Below are positions 1-10,800 of a stretch of 64,000 nt of DNA, piece by piece. Positions within the stretch are counted from its first letter, which is position 1, and every line of letters starts with the position of its first letter. Under the pieces are notes generated by a model, which was not told where the DNA came from, did not search any database, and saw only the letters and a list, made by a program, of their open reading frames with translations. The stretch spans positions 1 through 64,000 of IMG/VR virus record IMGVR_UViG_3300030117_008055. One strand, 5' to 3'. A program made the translations under genes and the position numbers. Source of the DNA: an uncultured virus (IMG/VR IMGVR_UViG_3300030117_008055) (lineage: Duplodnaviria > Heunggongvirae > Uroviricota > Caudoviricetes).

Positions 1-921
1 GGCGGGTCTGGCGTAGTTAACTATGGTTTTGGAATCATGGTCACAAGCAGCCAGGAAGCTTATCGCGCAACGGCAGACTCTGGGTCTGAGTTGCAAAACA
101 CAGATGGGATAACTAAATCAACCTATACTAAAAGATTTTATTCTAGAAGTTCTGAATATTTCTTTAGAAGGCCTGTGATTGAGGCTCGCTGGGAAGACAG
201 AATCAGTGATGACAGAAATAAGTTTTTTGCTAGTAGTTCTCTGTGCAGCACGCAAAATACTCAAAGCGTCTACTTGTATAATTATATTGATGGAGTATTA
301 ACTAACTTACCTGACGAATCAGTTACAATTAATTTTTATGCTAGCTCTGGATCATTGCCAAGTGGCTCTTCTATCGCCAATACAACAGCCACAAAAGTTA
401 GCACTGGAATATATCGAGCTGCTTTGGCGATAAACACTACCGAGTCAGTTTTGCATGATGTTTGGTCAGAGACTGATGGAGGAAGTGTATACCATACAGG
501 CACAATTTCTGTACGAACACGAAGTGCTAGCGATTCAAATAAAATTGGTGATTTTACTAGCAATGTAACAAACTTAAAAGATACATACAAAAGAACTGAA
601 AATGCAAGAATAAAAGTTTTTGTTAGAAGAAGGAATGAGTGCCCTACTGTGTACACAGTGGCTACTAGTGTTGCAGAGGGAGAGACAATTGTTAGTGCAT
701 CGTACTCTGTCGTAAGAGATATAGATAATAAAATAATTTTTCAACATAGCACAGGCAGTTCAGATAGACATACATTCTTATCGTATGATAATTCTGGTAG
801 TTATTTTGATTTTGATATGTCGCTGCTAGAGGCTGGATATATGTATGGGTTTAAGTTTGCTTATTATGCCGCCGGAAAGTGGAGAGAGCAAGAAGAACTG
901 TTTAAATTTAGAGTAGAATAA
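1..921 (+). CDS. Virion structural protein, 5'-truncated by the window edge (DNRLRE-like region followed by beta-rich domains)
   Basis: Frame 1 is open from base 1 (GGSGVVNYGFGIM...). The NYGFGI...KRFYSRSS...RPVIE pattern resembles DNRLRE/CBM96-like domains. First gene of a structural run. Confidence 0.55.
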   Translation, partial: GGSGVVNYGFGIMVTSSQEAYRATADSGSELQNTDGITKSTYTKRFYSRSSEYFFRRPVIEARWEDRISDDRNKFFASSSLCSTQNTQSVYLYNYIDGVLTNLPDESVTINFYASSGSLPSGSSIANTTATKVSTGIYRAALAINTTESVLHDVWSETDGGSVYHTGTISVRTRSASDSNKIGDFTSNVTNLKDTYKRTENARIKVFVRRRNECPTVYTVATSVAEGETIVSASYSVVRDIDNKIIFQHSTGSSDRHTFLSYDNSGSYFDFDMSLLEAGYMYGFKFAYYAAGKWREQEELFKFRVE

Positions 922-942
922 TAATTACATGTGGGCACTTAA

Positions 943-3900
943 ATGAGTACAAAAGATCTTTTTGATAAAGGCTATTCTTTAAACTTTTTAAAGAACAAGT
1001 CTCTTACGGACTACAGAGAAGATGTAGAGTCGCCCAGATATATCGATGCTTATATCAAAAAAAGAGAAAGATTTTTTCCTGATGTAAATTATGCTACTGC
1101 TTCTAATTTTGCTGCATATGGATTAGCAGAGGAATATTACAAGCAATCTATAGAAAGAATATATAAAACATATCCTTACGATGGATCTTTAGCAGAAAAA
1201 TTAGAGTGGGAAAATGAAAGCACCTATTTAGATCTTTTTATTTTCGAAAATGAATATCCTAGGTCAAACGGATATGTCAATATAAGCAATCAATATACAA
1301 CCACTGAACAATCAGATGCTTACAGTAGTAGTTTTCCACAATATGTTTTTTTTACGGGAAATCCTCATGCAGATATTAGTGGAAACTTTAAGGAGCCACC
1401 AACGGCCGGCCCGTCAGGAATTGGTGTTTCTAAAGCTAACGTTTATGAAACAGGAAGTCAGAGAACAAACAATCTTGAAATGGATCCAACCAAGGGAGTT
1501 ACCGTTGAGTTTTGGTTGAAAAAAGATGGGTGGGCTGCAACAGACTCTAAAAAATTAGAATATATTTTTAACCTTGTAGCTTCAGGGTCAACCGGTGATA
1601 ATTTTGCAAACTTTAGAATTTATGCACTTGGTGAGAATCCAGGCAATATATATCTTAATGTAGACTCTGGCTCTAGCTCAGATTCACTAGTTTTTAACAC
1701 TGCGCTAACTGGTGGTGTTGCAGGTGGTCTAGCTGATGGCAAGTGGCATCATTATGCTATAACTTTTGAAAAAAACGATTCAGTTAATGTTGGAAAACTT
1801 TATGTCGATGGTGTACACAAGCAAACAAAAAATGGCGATGATCATGTTGATGCCTTTGATGGTAAGTTGGTTGCAACAATCGGTGCACTAGCTGGTCCTA
1901 GAGGATCAAATTTAACTATTGCAGATCGAGGGTGGGGAGGTTTAGTTTCTTCATCGATTGATGAATTTAGATATTGGAAATCAGAAAGATCATCACAACA
2001 AATTGGTCGACACTTTAGAGATCAAATTGGCGGTGGTACAAATACAGACAACGTTAAGTACGATAAGACACATAATCCTGTAGATTTAGGAGTATATTTT
2101 AAATTTAATGAGGGTATAACTGGCGATAATTCAATTGACTCTACAGTCTTAGATTACTCTGGTCGCATATCTAATGGAACTTTTGTAAACTATCAAAGTG
2201 GTTCATCTAGAAATACTGGATCAGCAATGGTTTCTGCTAGCGTGGCTGAGCGTGAATTTAAAGATCCTATTATATACTCGTCTCATCCAAGTGTTATTAG
2301 TCTAATACAGGAGAAAACAAGAGATGGTGCAGTGCACGATCATGAAAATGCTACTTCAATTTTCAAATCACTACCTGGATGGATAGCAGAGGAAGATGAA
2401 GAAAAATCTGGAAATTTAAAATATCTTATACAGATCATGTCAAGTGTTTTTGATGAGATTCAGCTTCAAGTTGGTTCTATTCCAAAATTAAAAGATATAA
2501 ACTATCCATACGATGCAAAGTTTGAAAAGCCATTACCTTTTGCAGATCGTCTTTTGTCTTCCCGCGGACTCGACGCACCAGAACTTTTTTCTGATGCATC
2601 TCTTCTAGCAAAATTTTTACAGAGGGGTGAAAAAAAGTTATTTGAAAAAAAATTATACGAGATAAAAAATACAATATATCAAAACATTTACAATAACTTA
2701 ACATACATCCATAAATCAAAAGGCACAATGAAGTCAATGAGAAACCTTTTAAGGTGTTTCGGAGTTGACGAAGAGCTTGTAAAAATTAATATTTATTCAA
2801 AAAATGGTACTTATGAGTTCAAAGATAATGTATCGCACATGGCTTTACGTAAAAAATATGCAGATTTTGATGACCTAGAGACAAGATTTGGAACAACCGG
2901 TATATATTCTGGCACTTTTGCTTCTACAGTTTATCAATATTACGATTCAACTAACGCTAATTCACTTTCTTATATTCCAGCGTTAGCCGATGTATCTCAT
3001 GGACTTGCTGCTACAATTGAAGCGGAGGTTATCTTTCCAAAAAGAACTCCCCAAAGAGATGATAATTTTGGACTTTTTCCTGGCAGAGAGGTTTCTTTGT
3101 TTGGACTGCATGCAGTCGAAGCTTCAAATACTAATTTAAATTACTTGAACGACAATATTAACTTCAATGTCATAGCTGTAAAATCTAACAACGACCCCAG
3201 AAGTGTAAAATTTGCTGTTACATCAAACTCTAACTCAAATATTCCACACATGGAAACAACTGGCACGTTTATGGGAGTTTATGATAATGAAAAATGGAAT
3301 CTTGCATTTAGAATCCGACCTGTAAAACACCCGTTAGCAGACAAAGTTAATGATTCTTTAGTTCCTGCAGCATCATCATATCAAGTTGAGCTTTACGGGG
3401 TAAATTATTTATCAGATCAGCTTCAGAATGAGTTTACTTTAACGCAGGTACTATCAGAAGCTAATGCGAGAGCATTTTTTAGCAAAGCAAAAAGATTATT
3501 TGTAGGTGCAAATAGAACAAACTTTGATGGAGATTTAGTTAGAGCTTCCGATGTTAAAATATCTTCTGTCAATATGTGGTATGATTATCTCGAAGATGAT
3601 GAAATTAAAGCACACGCAAGGGATGCGAACAACGACGGGCGCGCCCACCCTTACAGAAATGCAATATTTAACGAGGGCACACAAAATGATTTAATAGCTG
3701 GCGGTGACAGCGACCTACTGTGGACTTTTAGAGTACCAGAAATTGATACTTTAGTATTAAGCTGGAACTTTGAAAATGTTACAGGTTCAAATTCTGACGG
3801 CCAATTCTTAGTAAATGATATTTCATCGGGATCTGCAGAAGATAGAACTAATTTACGCTATGGAGCGTTAAGTGAGGTAAATACTTACCACTTTTCAGGT

Positions 3901-6900
3901 CGTGGAGACAAGTTTGTTGCAAATAGTGACCAGGCTGTGGATATAGAGTTTGTTCCGACAGGCAGAACTAGACTTCCAGAGGTTATTGCTAGCGATGATA
4001 TGGTAAAAATACTTAATCAACAAGATGATGTGATGTTCACAAGGGACACAACCTTCATACAGCACATTATATCTGTAGAGAAGAGCATGTATCAGTCTAT
4101 TTCTGAAGAAATGTTGAGAATGTTTGCTACTGTCACTGACTTTAACAACATTGTAGGTAGTCCTGTTAACAGATATAGGATGAATTACAAGGAATTGTCA
4201 AAATTAAGAAATATTTTCTTTGAAATTGTACAAAACGAGCCAGATATTGAAAAATATATTGAATATTTTAAGTGGATTGATGATGCAATATCATTATTTA
4301 TCTTTCAACTGCTTCCTGCCTCCTCAAATAAGGTAGAGTTCCTAAGAACCATGGTTGAAAGCCACATTCTTGAAAGATCAAAGCATTTTAATAAGTTTCC
4401 AACCATAGAAATGTTTAATCCAGAGCCAAACGAAGCTTTCAAGGGTATAAATCAGCTACTTTATAACTGGAAAATAGGCCATGCGCCCCTTCAGTCAAAT
4501 GGATCGGGACCAGACCAGGCACAAAACCAACACATGCACTCATTATGGTGGAAAGAGCGAGCAGAAAGAACAGGATCTGTCGTGCAAGGCGTTAATCATG
4601 CAGCTGTTCTTACATCAGGTGACGATAATATTGATGCTAGCAAACACGAAATACTAAAAGTAGCTATAACAGAGACGTCAGGTAATGATAGCTTGTCATT
4701 ATCGTTCGGGCCTTCTGGTTTGGACAAGGCAGATGGTAAGTATGGCGCCCAGGGGGGTACAAAGACCAAGTATTCCGCATCATATTACTCAGATCGCTCA
4801 ACAAGCACTCCAGTTAGGGTAACACAAAGTTTTGTTAAGACATACAAATCTGGTCCAAATCCTGATTCAAATAAGATATATGATTTTTATAAGGGTGTTG
4901 TTAAGTTTGCCAGTGATAATGACTATATTTTTCTAGATAAAGACCACGTTGTCAAACCTCTAGATTCAACTGACGTCCTCCAAGCTGAAAAAAGCTCTTC
5001 ATCCGAGGGTTTTTATCTTCCAAACAAGAAAGAGTATGTTATTAAAGCCCTTACAATGACAGGAGATGAAATTTCAAGCTCAAATGCTGCTGGCACGGGA
5101 GATAGCGACTACAAATACACAGATGCCCTTAATAAACTAACAACTCCGTTTAGTATGTTTGCAAATAAAGGCGTGGCGAACGGTGATTATACAGTATTTT
5201 ACGAAAATTATTTTGAAAATGGACATCATAATAGTCAAAATGACACAACTCGTATCGAAATAAACAACTTACACCATGACATATATCGTCCGACTTTTGA
5301 AGTTCCAATGCAGGGGCCTTTCAACAGACAGCATGTCGGAGGAAACCAACATCGACATATTAGTTTAAACTATCGTGACTATGATTCTACGGGCAGCTTG
5401 GGTGCTCTTGATACAAGAATGTCTAGACCGGAAGCTTGGGAGTTAGTTCACGATAAAGGAATGTCAAATTACATTATTTTAGATATGCCGTTTGCTCGGT
5501 ATAACATGCCTCCAGAAATGTCCGGGTCAGATCCAACAACTGGCCATGTTGATGTTTTTCGTGCCTTTGGTGATCCTGAACCTCGTGATAGGTGGAGAAA
5601 CGTAACTAAAAATGACAAGCTAGCTGGTTCTATTAAAGGGTGGCAAAGAGCAACGTTTATATCAGACCCAGATTGTGGACCAGAAAATGACTCTGGTGAT
5701 GGAACTACTTTTTTTGCATATGCAAGACTAGAAAACGAAGAAAACATTACAAATAAATATTTTGGATATCGGACACCTTTAATTGATGCTCATGATGCGC
5801 ATCGAGGCTTGACAATTAAATTCTATTACCATGTAACATCAGCTCCAAATTTAGAAACTGGACGATTTTTTGTTGATTATTCTTATGATGAAGATTTTAG
5901 TGATGGTGGAACAAACTTAACTACTACATGGGACATTGGTGCAGCTGGTCAAGAAAGCGCAGTGATTCTTCCAAAAACTTTAGAACAAACCTCTAAAAAA
6001 GATTCTTGGAAGTTGGCATCAATAGATCTTAGCGCGTTCATGGGGCAAAGAGTATATCTTAGATTCAATTACGTAGCAGCGCCACACTCATTTAATATAT
6101 GTGCTATAGATCAAGTTGAAGTTGTTGCTGTATCTGGAATATCTTCTTTGCGGTTACTTCATCCAACTCATGATGATCATCATCGTCCATACGCTCCATA
6201 CATGCGAGAAGAGTATGCAAAACGCCCAGTCAATATTAAAAATATTCAGATTGGCAAACTAGAAAGTAAAGGTAATTTAAATTCTTTACATGCTGGAGAT
6301 TTTGGCGCACTTCAAAGAACAATAGCTGGAAACTATCGCAATACATATGAATATGTTAATACTGTTAGTCGAGAGGCCAACGATCCTACATTTAAAAAAC
6401 TAATAGAGACTTTGCCAGAATCTAGTAATCCACAAGAAGGGATGCAAGAAATAGCATCGATGTATTTAGGATACAGTGATTCTTTTCCAGTGTTGTTTTC
6501 TTCTCAAAAAACTCAACATGGTACAGAAAATCGCTTAGCTAGATATTTAACTGTCCATCAGATAGAGAATGGTGTTACATCTTCTTCTGAAATTACTTCA
6601 AACGCAATTTCTGTTAACCCAGTGCCGGGAAGAGACAGGCGGGAGCCTCACAAAGGAATTGAGGCTGCATATAAGCAAAAAACAAGAATGGTTAATTTAT
6701 TTTCTGCTCCGGGTGATATTTTAGATTCTTGCACTGGATTTTTAGATGAAGCGCACAGAACTTATTCTGCTTATAATTGTCTTCCTTGGAGAAATTATAG
6801 GATCAGACAAAGAATGCAATCGATGTTGACAGCACACTGTGGCAAATTTGGAATTGGATCTCATACGCAAAATGCTACAGCAGCTGCAGGAAGTATAAAA

Positions 6901-7776
6901 ATTGTAGATAATAATGCAATTAATACTTATCAAACTGCTGTGGGAAAAGTTTTTGTTTTTATGATTACTGATGGAAATGGAAAAACTATTAATATTCTTC
7001 TTAAAACATCCGCTCAACAGCCAGATCCTTCTTTTTCTTGGACCGACGAGTATGAAAATTTAACAATTAATTTTGTGATTGGTGACAACGAACAAGATAC
7101 TGCTAGTAAATTACTTATTGCGTTTAACAGTGCAAAAGCACTTTTTTCCAATACTGAAGGCGCTTCGTCTTTCAATGTTTCTGCAGAGCCCGATGAGTCA
7201 GACAATTCAAAAATTAATTTTACACATGATATTTCTGGGTTTGTCAGCAACACTAGAATATATGTTAGACAGGTAGATGAAACAGACCAGACAAAAATGG
7301 TTGATGTACCAGCCTCAATGGTTGAAGTTTTAACATTCATAGGCGGTAAAAATGCAACCGCTAGAGTATACAGATCTCAAGCTGTGCAACCACCTCAGCC
7401 TGGTGTTATAGAAAAAGCTGATTATACAGTTGTAAGTGCTAGTTTTCACAAATATCATCGCAATAGAGCAGATAAATTTTTCTTAGGTGACGCTACACAA
7501 GATAATTCTTTTTACAATAACATGCAGCAGACTGCTAGTACTCTGCAATACGCCGACACCCCAACAGATATACTAGCAAGAGGCTCGGTATATGATAACG
7601 CTTATATTGGACATGCAATTCCACGTTCAGATGATCAAGTTCACTGGGTTAGGAGCGTCAATGGTCTAGTTCAAGAGCAGCTCAATTTAGAATATGAAGA
7701 AAACGATCCTACTTTAAAGCTTGTTATAAATGATTTATCATTAATCGAAGCCTTGGCTGACGTTATAAAGCCGTGA
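943..7776 (+). CDS. Large baseplate/virion protein (2277 aa) with a LamG/ConA-like domain, a P2 gpI-like baseplate motif and a MAM-like insertion
   Basis: LamG signature VTVEFWLK...WHHYAITF...LYVDG...IDEFRYW (~1500-1980). IHKSKGTMKSMRNLLRCFG (~2707-2763) resembles the P2 gpI/baseplate wedge K.KGT motif. IKFYYH...WKLASIDLSAFMGQRVYLRF...AIDQVEV (~5640-6130) is MAM-like. Confidence 0.65.
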   Translation: MSTKDLFDKGYSLNFLKNKSLTDYREDVESPRYIDAYIKKRERFFPDVNYATASNFAAYGLAEEYYKQSIERIYKTYPYDGSLAEKLEWENESTYLDLFIFENEYPRSNGYVNISNQYTTTEQSDAYSSSFPQYVFFTGNPHADISGNFKEPPTAGPSGIGVSKANVYETGSQRTNNLEMDPTKGVTVEFWLKKDGWAATDSKKLEYIFNLVASGSTGDNFANFRIYALGENPGNIYLNVDSGSSSDSLVFNTALTGGVAGGLADGKWHHYAITFEKNDSVNVGKLYVDGVHKQTKNGDDHVDAFDGKLVATIGALAGPRGSNLTIADRGWGGLVSSSIDEFRYWKSERSSQQIGRHFRDQIGGGTNTDNVKYDKTHNPVDLGVYFKFNEGITGDNSIDSTVLDYSGRISNGTFVNYQSGSSRNTGSAMVSASVAEREFKDPIIYSSHPSVISLIQEKTRDGAVHDHENATSIFKSLPGWIAEEDEEKSGNLKYLIQIMSSVFDEIQLQVGSIPKLKDINYPYDAKFEKPLPFADRLLSSRGLDAPELFSDASLLAKFLQRGEKKLFEKKLYEIKNTIYQNIYNNLTYIHKSKGTMKSMRNLLRCFGVDEELVKINIYSKNGTYEFKDNVSHMALRKKYADFDDLETRFGTTGIYSGTFASTVYQYYDSTNANSLSYIPALADVSHGLAATIEAEVIFPKRTPQRDDNFGLFPGREVSLFGLHAVEASNTNLNYLNDNINFNVIAVKSNNDPRSVKFAVTSNSNSNIPHMETTGTFMGVYDNEKWNLAFRIRPVKHPLADKVNDSLVPAASSYQVELYGVNYLSDQLQNEFTLTQVLSEANARAFFSKAKRLFVGANRTNFDGDLVRASDVKISSVNMWYDYLEDDEIKAHARDANNDGRAHPYRNAIFNEGTQNDLIAGGDSDLLWTFRVPEIDTLVLSWNFENVTGSNSDGQFLVNDISSGSAEDRTNLRYGALSEVNTYHFSGRGDKFVANSDQAVDIEFVPTGRTRLPEVIASDDMVKILNQQDDVMFTRDTTFIQHIISVEKSMYQSISEEMLRMFATVTDFNNIVGSPVNRYRMNYKELSKLRNIFFEIVQNEPDIEKYIEYFKWIDDAISLFIFQLLPASSNKVEFLRTMVESHILERSKHFNKFPTIEMFNPEPNEAFKGINQLLYNWKIGHAPLQSNGSGPDQAQNQHMHSLWWKERAERTGSVVQGVNHAAVLTSGDDNIDASKHEILKVAITETSGNDSLSLSFGPSGLDKADGKYGAQGGTKTKYSASYYSDRSTSTPVRVTQSFVKTYKSGPNPDSNKIYDFYKGVVKFASDNDYIFLDKDHVVKPLDSTDVLQAEKSSSSEGFYLPNKKEYVIKALTMTGDEISSSNAAGTGDSDYKYTDALNKLTTPFSMFANKGVANGDYTVFYENYFENGHHNSQNDTTRIEINNLHHDIYRPTFEVPMQGPFNRQHVGGNQHRHISLNYRDYDSTGSLGALDTRMSRPEAWELVHDKGMSNYIILDMPFARYNMPPEMSGSDPTTGHVDVFRAFGDPEPRDRWRNVTKNDKLAGSIKGWQRATFISDPDCGPENDSGDGTTFFAYARLENEENITNKYFGYRTPLIDAHDAHRGLTIKFYYHVTSAPNLETGRFFVDYSYDEDFSDGGTNLTTTWDIGAAGQESAVILPKTLEQTSKKDSWKLASIDLSAFMGQRVYLRFNYVAAPHSFNICAIDQVEVVAVSGISSLRLLHPTHDDHHRPYAPYMREEYAKRPVNIKNIQIGKLESKGNLNSLHAGDFGALQRTIAGNYRNTYEYVNTVSREANDPTFKKLIETLPESSNPQEGMQEIASMYLGYSDSFPVLFSSQKTQHGTENRLARYLTVHQIENGVTSSSEITSNAISVNPVPGRDRREPHKGIEAAYKQKTRMVNLFSAPGDILDSCTGFLDEAHRTYSAYNCLPWRNYRIRQRMQSMLTAHCGKFGIGSHTQNATAAAGSIKIVDNNAINTYQTAVGKVFVFMITDGNGKTINILLKTSAQQPDPSFSWTDEYENLTINFVIGDNEQDTASKLLIAFNSAKALFSNTEGASSFNVSAEPDESDNSKINFTHDISGFVSNTRIYVRQVDETDQTKMVDVPASMVEVLTFIGGKNATARVYRSQAVQPPQPGVIEKADYTVVSASFHKYHRNRADKFFLGDATQDNSFYNNMQQTASTLQYADTPTDILARGSVYDNAYIGHAIPRSDDQVHWVRSVNGLVQEQLNLEYEENDPTLKLVINDLSLIEALADVIKP

Positions 7777-7850
7777 GGATCATAATACTTTAACTTAAGG
7801 TATATTTGTTATATAATCTAATTATTTAAGAATACCCACAAAGGTGAAAA

Positions 7851-10800
7851 ATGTCAAGAAGCAGATATATTACACTCGAACAAAGCAGAGCAAATAGAGC
7901 AACCACTTTTACATCAGTTAAAACTTATACTCTTGAATCTAGAAACACAGCCTCAGTCACGGCTTCATCAGAGTTTGTTCCTCTAAACACTCTTATTGTT
8001 GATAATTTTCCTGAAACTTCTAAAAAAGGGTCATGGTATCTATATGTTTTTGATAATCCCACCGGTAGTTTTTTTCAACTAGAGACGCCTGAAAAAACAC
8101 ATAAGTTTACAGCTGTTAACGACACAACTCCACTAGTGCCAGCTAGTGCTAGCATAAGTGTAGTTGCAAATCAAGCAGTTGCCAAAATTACTTTTGATGG
8201 TACTACAATCCAAAATGGTGAAAATTTTAGAATTATTGACGGTGAGGGTAAGACAACTTTGTTTACGTTTGATACCGGGTCAACATCGTCTACTGGAACA
8301 ACTGTTGGTTTATCGGGAAGATCAACCACAAGCACTATTGCCACTGCTGTTGCTTCATGTATTAATTCTGAATCGATCAAAATTACAGCAACTGCCTCTG
8401 GAAGCAGTGTAGAGCTAAAGCAAGATATCTTTGGAAGCCATGGAAACACACTAACACAGACTTCTGGGAGCACAACTTTAAACTCCGGATATAGAGTTTC
8501 TAATTTTTCCGGCGGTCGAGGACTAAATTATTCCTCACATAATCAAGGAATTACTTTTTCTGATGCTTCAAATAATAGTTACAGCGCATCAATAGACGCG
8601 GGGACACGATCAACTTTGTCTATTGATCTGGTTTCTATTGATAATATTGCTTCTAGTGCAGCTGCCTCAGGCTCAATAACAGTAACAGACTATTCAGCTT
8701 TGACAGCTGCGACTACAGCATCAGCCACAGTTTCGGTTTCAAGCGCGAACATAACTGCTGGAGACACTATTAGGCTAATTGATTCCTATGGCTACGCGCA
8801 TTCATTTAGGGCAGTTGCCTCTCGCGGCAATGAAAGCACAGATTATATTTTTGATTCAGGAAGCTCTAGCACTACAGCAACAAATTTAGCTAGGATAATA
8901 AATCTAAATAATTCTTTTTCTGCCTCCGCATCCTCAAATAACGTTACAATTACTCAGTTTGTTGGAGGTGCTGCAGGAAATACAACCATCACAATTACCC
9001 AGCCATCAGGCAGCGCTGGTATTGAAGTTACCTCCAACTTTTCATCAGGTGCAGATGGTACAAAAATTGTTTTAACGTCTGCGGATGGTCAGCAATATAA
9101 TTTATTAGCTGATAGTAAAGTAACGTCTGGTGATGTATCAACTACAACTGCTTCTCCTGCCTTTAGAGGAAATACACTATTTTTTAAGATTGGTTCAACA
9201 AACGCAGCCACAGCAACTAATATAAAAACTGCGTTAAATCAAATAGGAGCATTTAATTCTTCTATTTCCAGTAATGTAATATCTGTCACTCAGCAATTTG
9301 CAGGAACCTCTGGAAATATTTCTATAACAGAGAATTCATCTGGATTGACTGCAGATGGCTTTGCTGGTGGTACTGCTGGGGACTCATTTGTCTTTACAAC
9401 AAGACACTCTGATAGCGTAACTCTTCGAGCAGGAGAAAATTTTCTTGTTAAGTCTGGAGATAGAGAATTAACAAGAGATAATTTAATTTCCTCTATTAAT
9501 TTAAACCCAATTTTATTTGCTAATTTTACTGCTTTTCCACACGATTGCGATCCAGGCATTGCAGTTTTAACTTCTCGCAGGGCTGGTACAAGCGAAAATT
9601 CTCATTCTGTTTCTTTTTCTTCTACTAGTACTGCAGCTGGCGATATTAAAATTCAAGATACTGCAATAACAAATAGTAGAAGCATATCAGCTCAATCTTT
9701 TGTCTCAGGGGCTGCATCGGCTACAACATCAAAAACAATTATTGGAGTTAGCAGCGTTACTACTCCAACGGAGTTTGCTGCAGAAATAAATACTTCTTTG
9801 GCAGCAGCAATAACTGATGGACTAAAAGCTACCACGTCTGCTAGTGGAGCCACAGTTTCTGTGGTGTCGTCAGTTGCAGGATCTGCAGGAAATAACACCA
9901 TAAGTGGTTCATATGTTTTTGGATATAATGCATTTACTTCTGGTTTTTCTGGTGGTGCAGACAATGTGCATGTAGGTTCTAGCAAAACAGACTATGCTAC
10001 TAATCTTGTTTCTAGAATAAACACGTCTTTATCTTCTTATGTCACTGCAACTCTTGGAGATCTTACAACAATAACTGCGCCGCGTCATCCTCCAACTGGA
10101 AAGATTACATTTGTATCTACCACTCTTAGCGATTACACATCGCAGACTATTACTATAAGTGGACTGGAAAAAACTAAAACTTATAAATTTTCTGATGAGT
10201 GCGGAGACACTGGGGAATTAAGCGGATCTAGTGTGATGGTTTACTTAGGAAACCAAACAACCATAAATGTAAATAATATAGCTAATGAGTTTGTTGGTGC
10301 ATTAAATCATTCGAATGGCCACGGGTTTAACATTAGAGTTAAAAACCCCTCCAGCGGAGTCATAATTTTATCTCTAAAACATGGTACTGAGAATTCTATT
10401 ACAGCTATGTCAAAAACCGCTGCAGATTCTGTCATGACCAAGGAAGATATAACGCAACAGACTGCAGTTCCAATTACAATTGCAATGAAATTTGGAGGAG
10501 ACTTTAGGGACGCATATCCAGCATCAATTAGCATAGATGGTAGTCTTTTCTTAGATAAGACACCTTCAACTAGTTGTGATTCCTGTGAGGATGATGTAGA
10601 TAATCATTTCGAGACCGGTCCAATAGGTGGAGAAGGCCCATCGATTATTAATTTTGACAATATTAAAGGTGGAGGAAACACAGATACGAGTGATTACCTC
10701 AACCCAAATTATCAAGATTTTTATGGCTCTGGATCGCAAGCAAACTCTGGTGGACTCTTAAATGATATCCTTGTTAATAGAAATGGAATTTATGAATATC

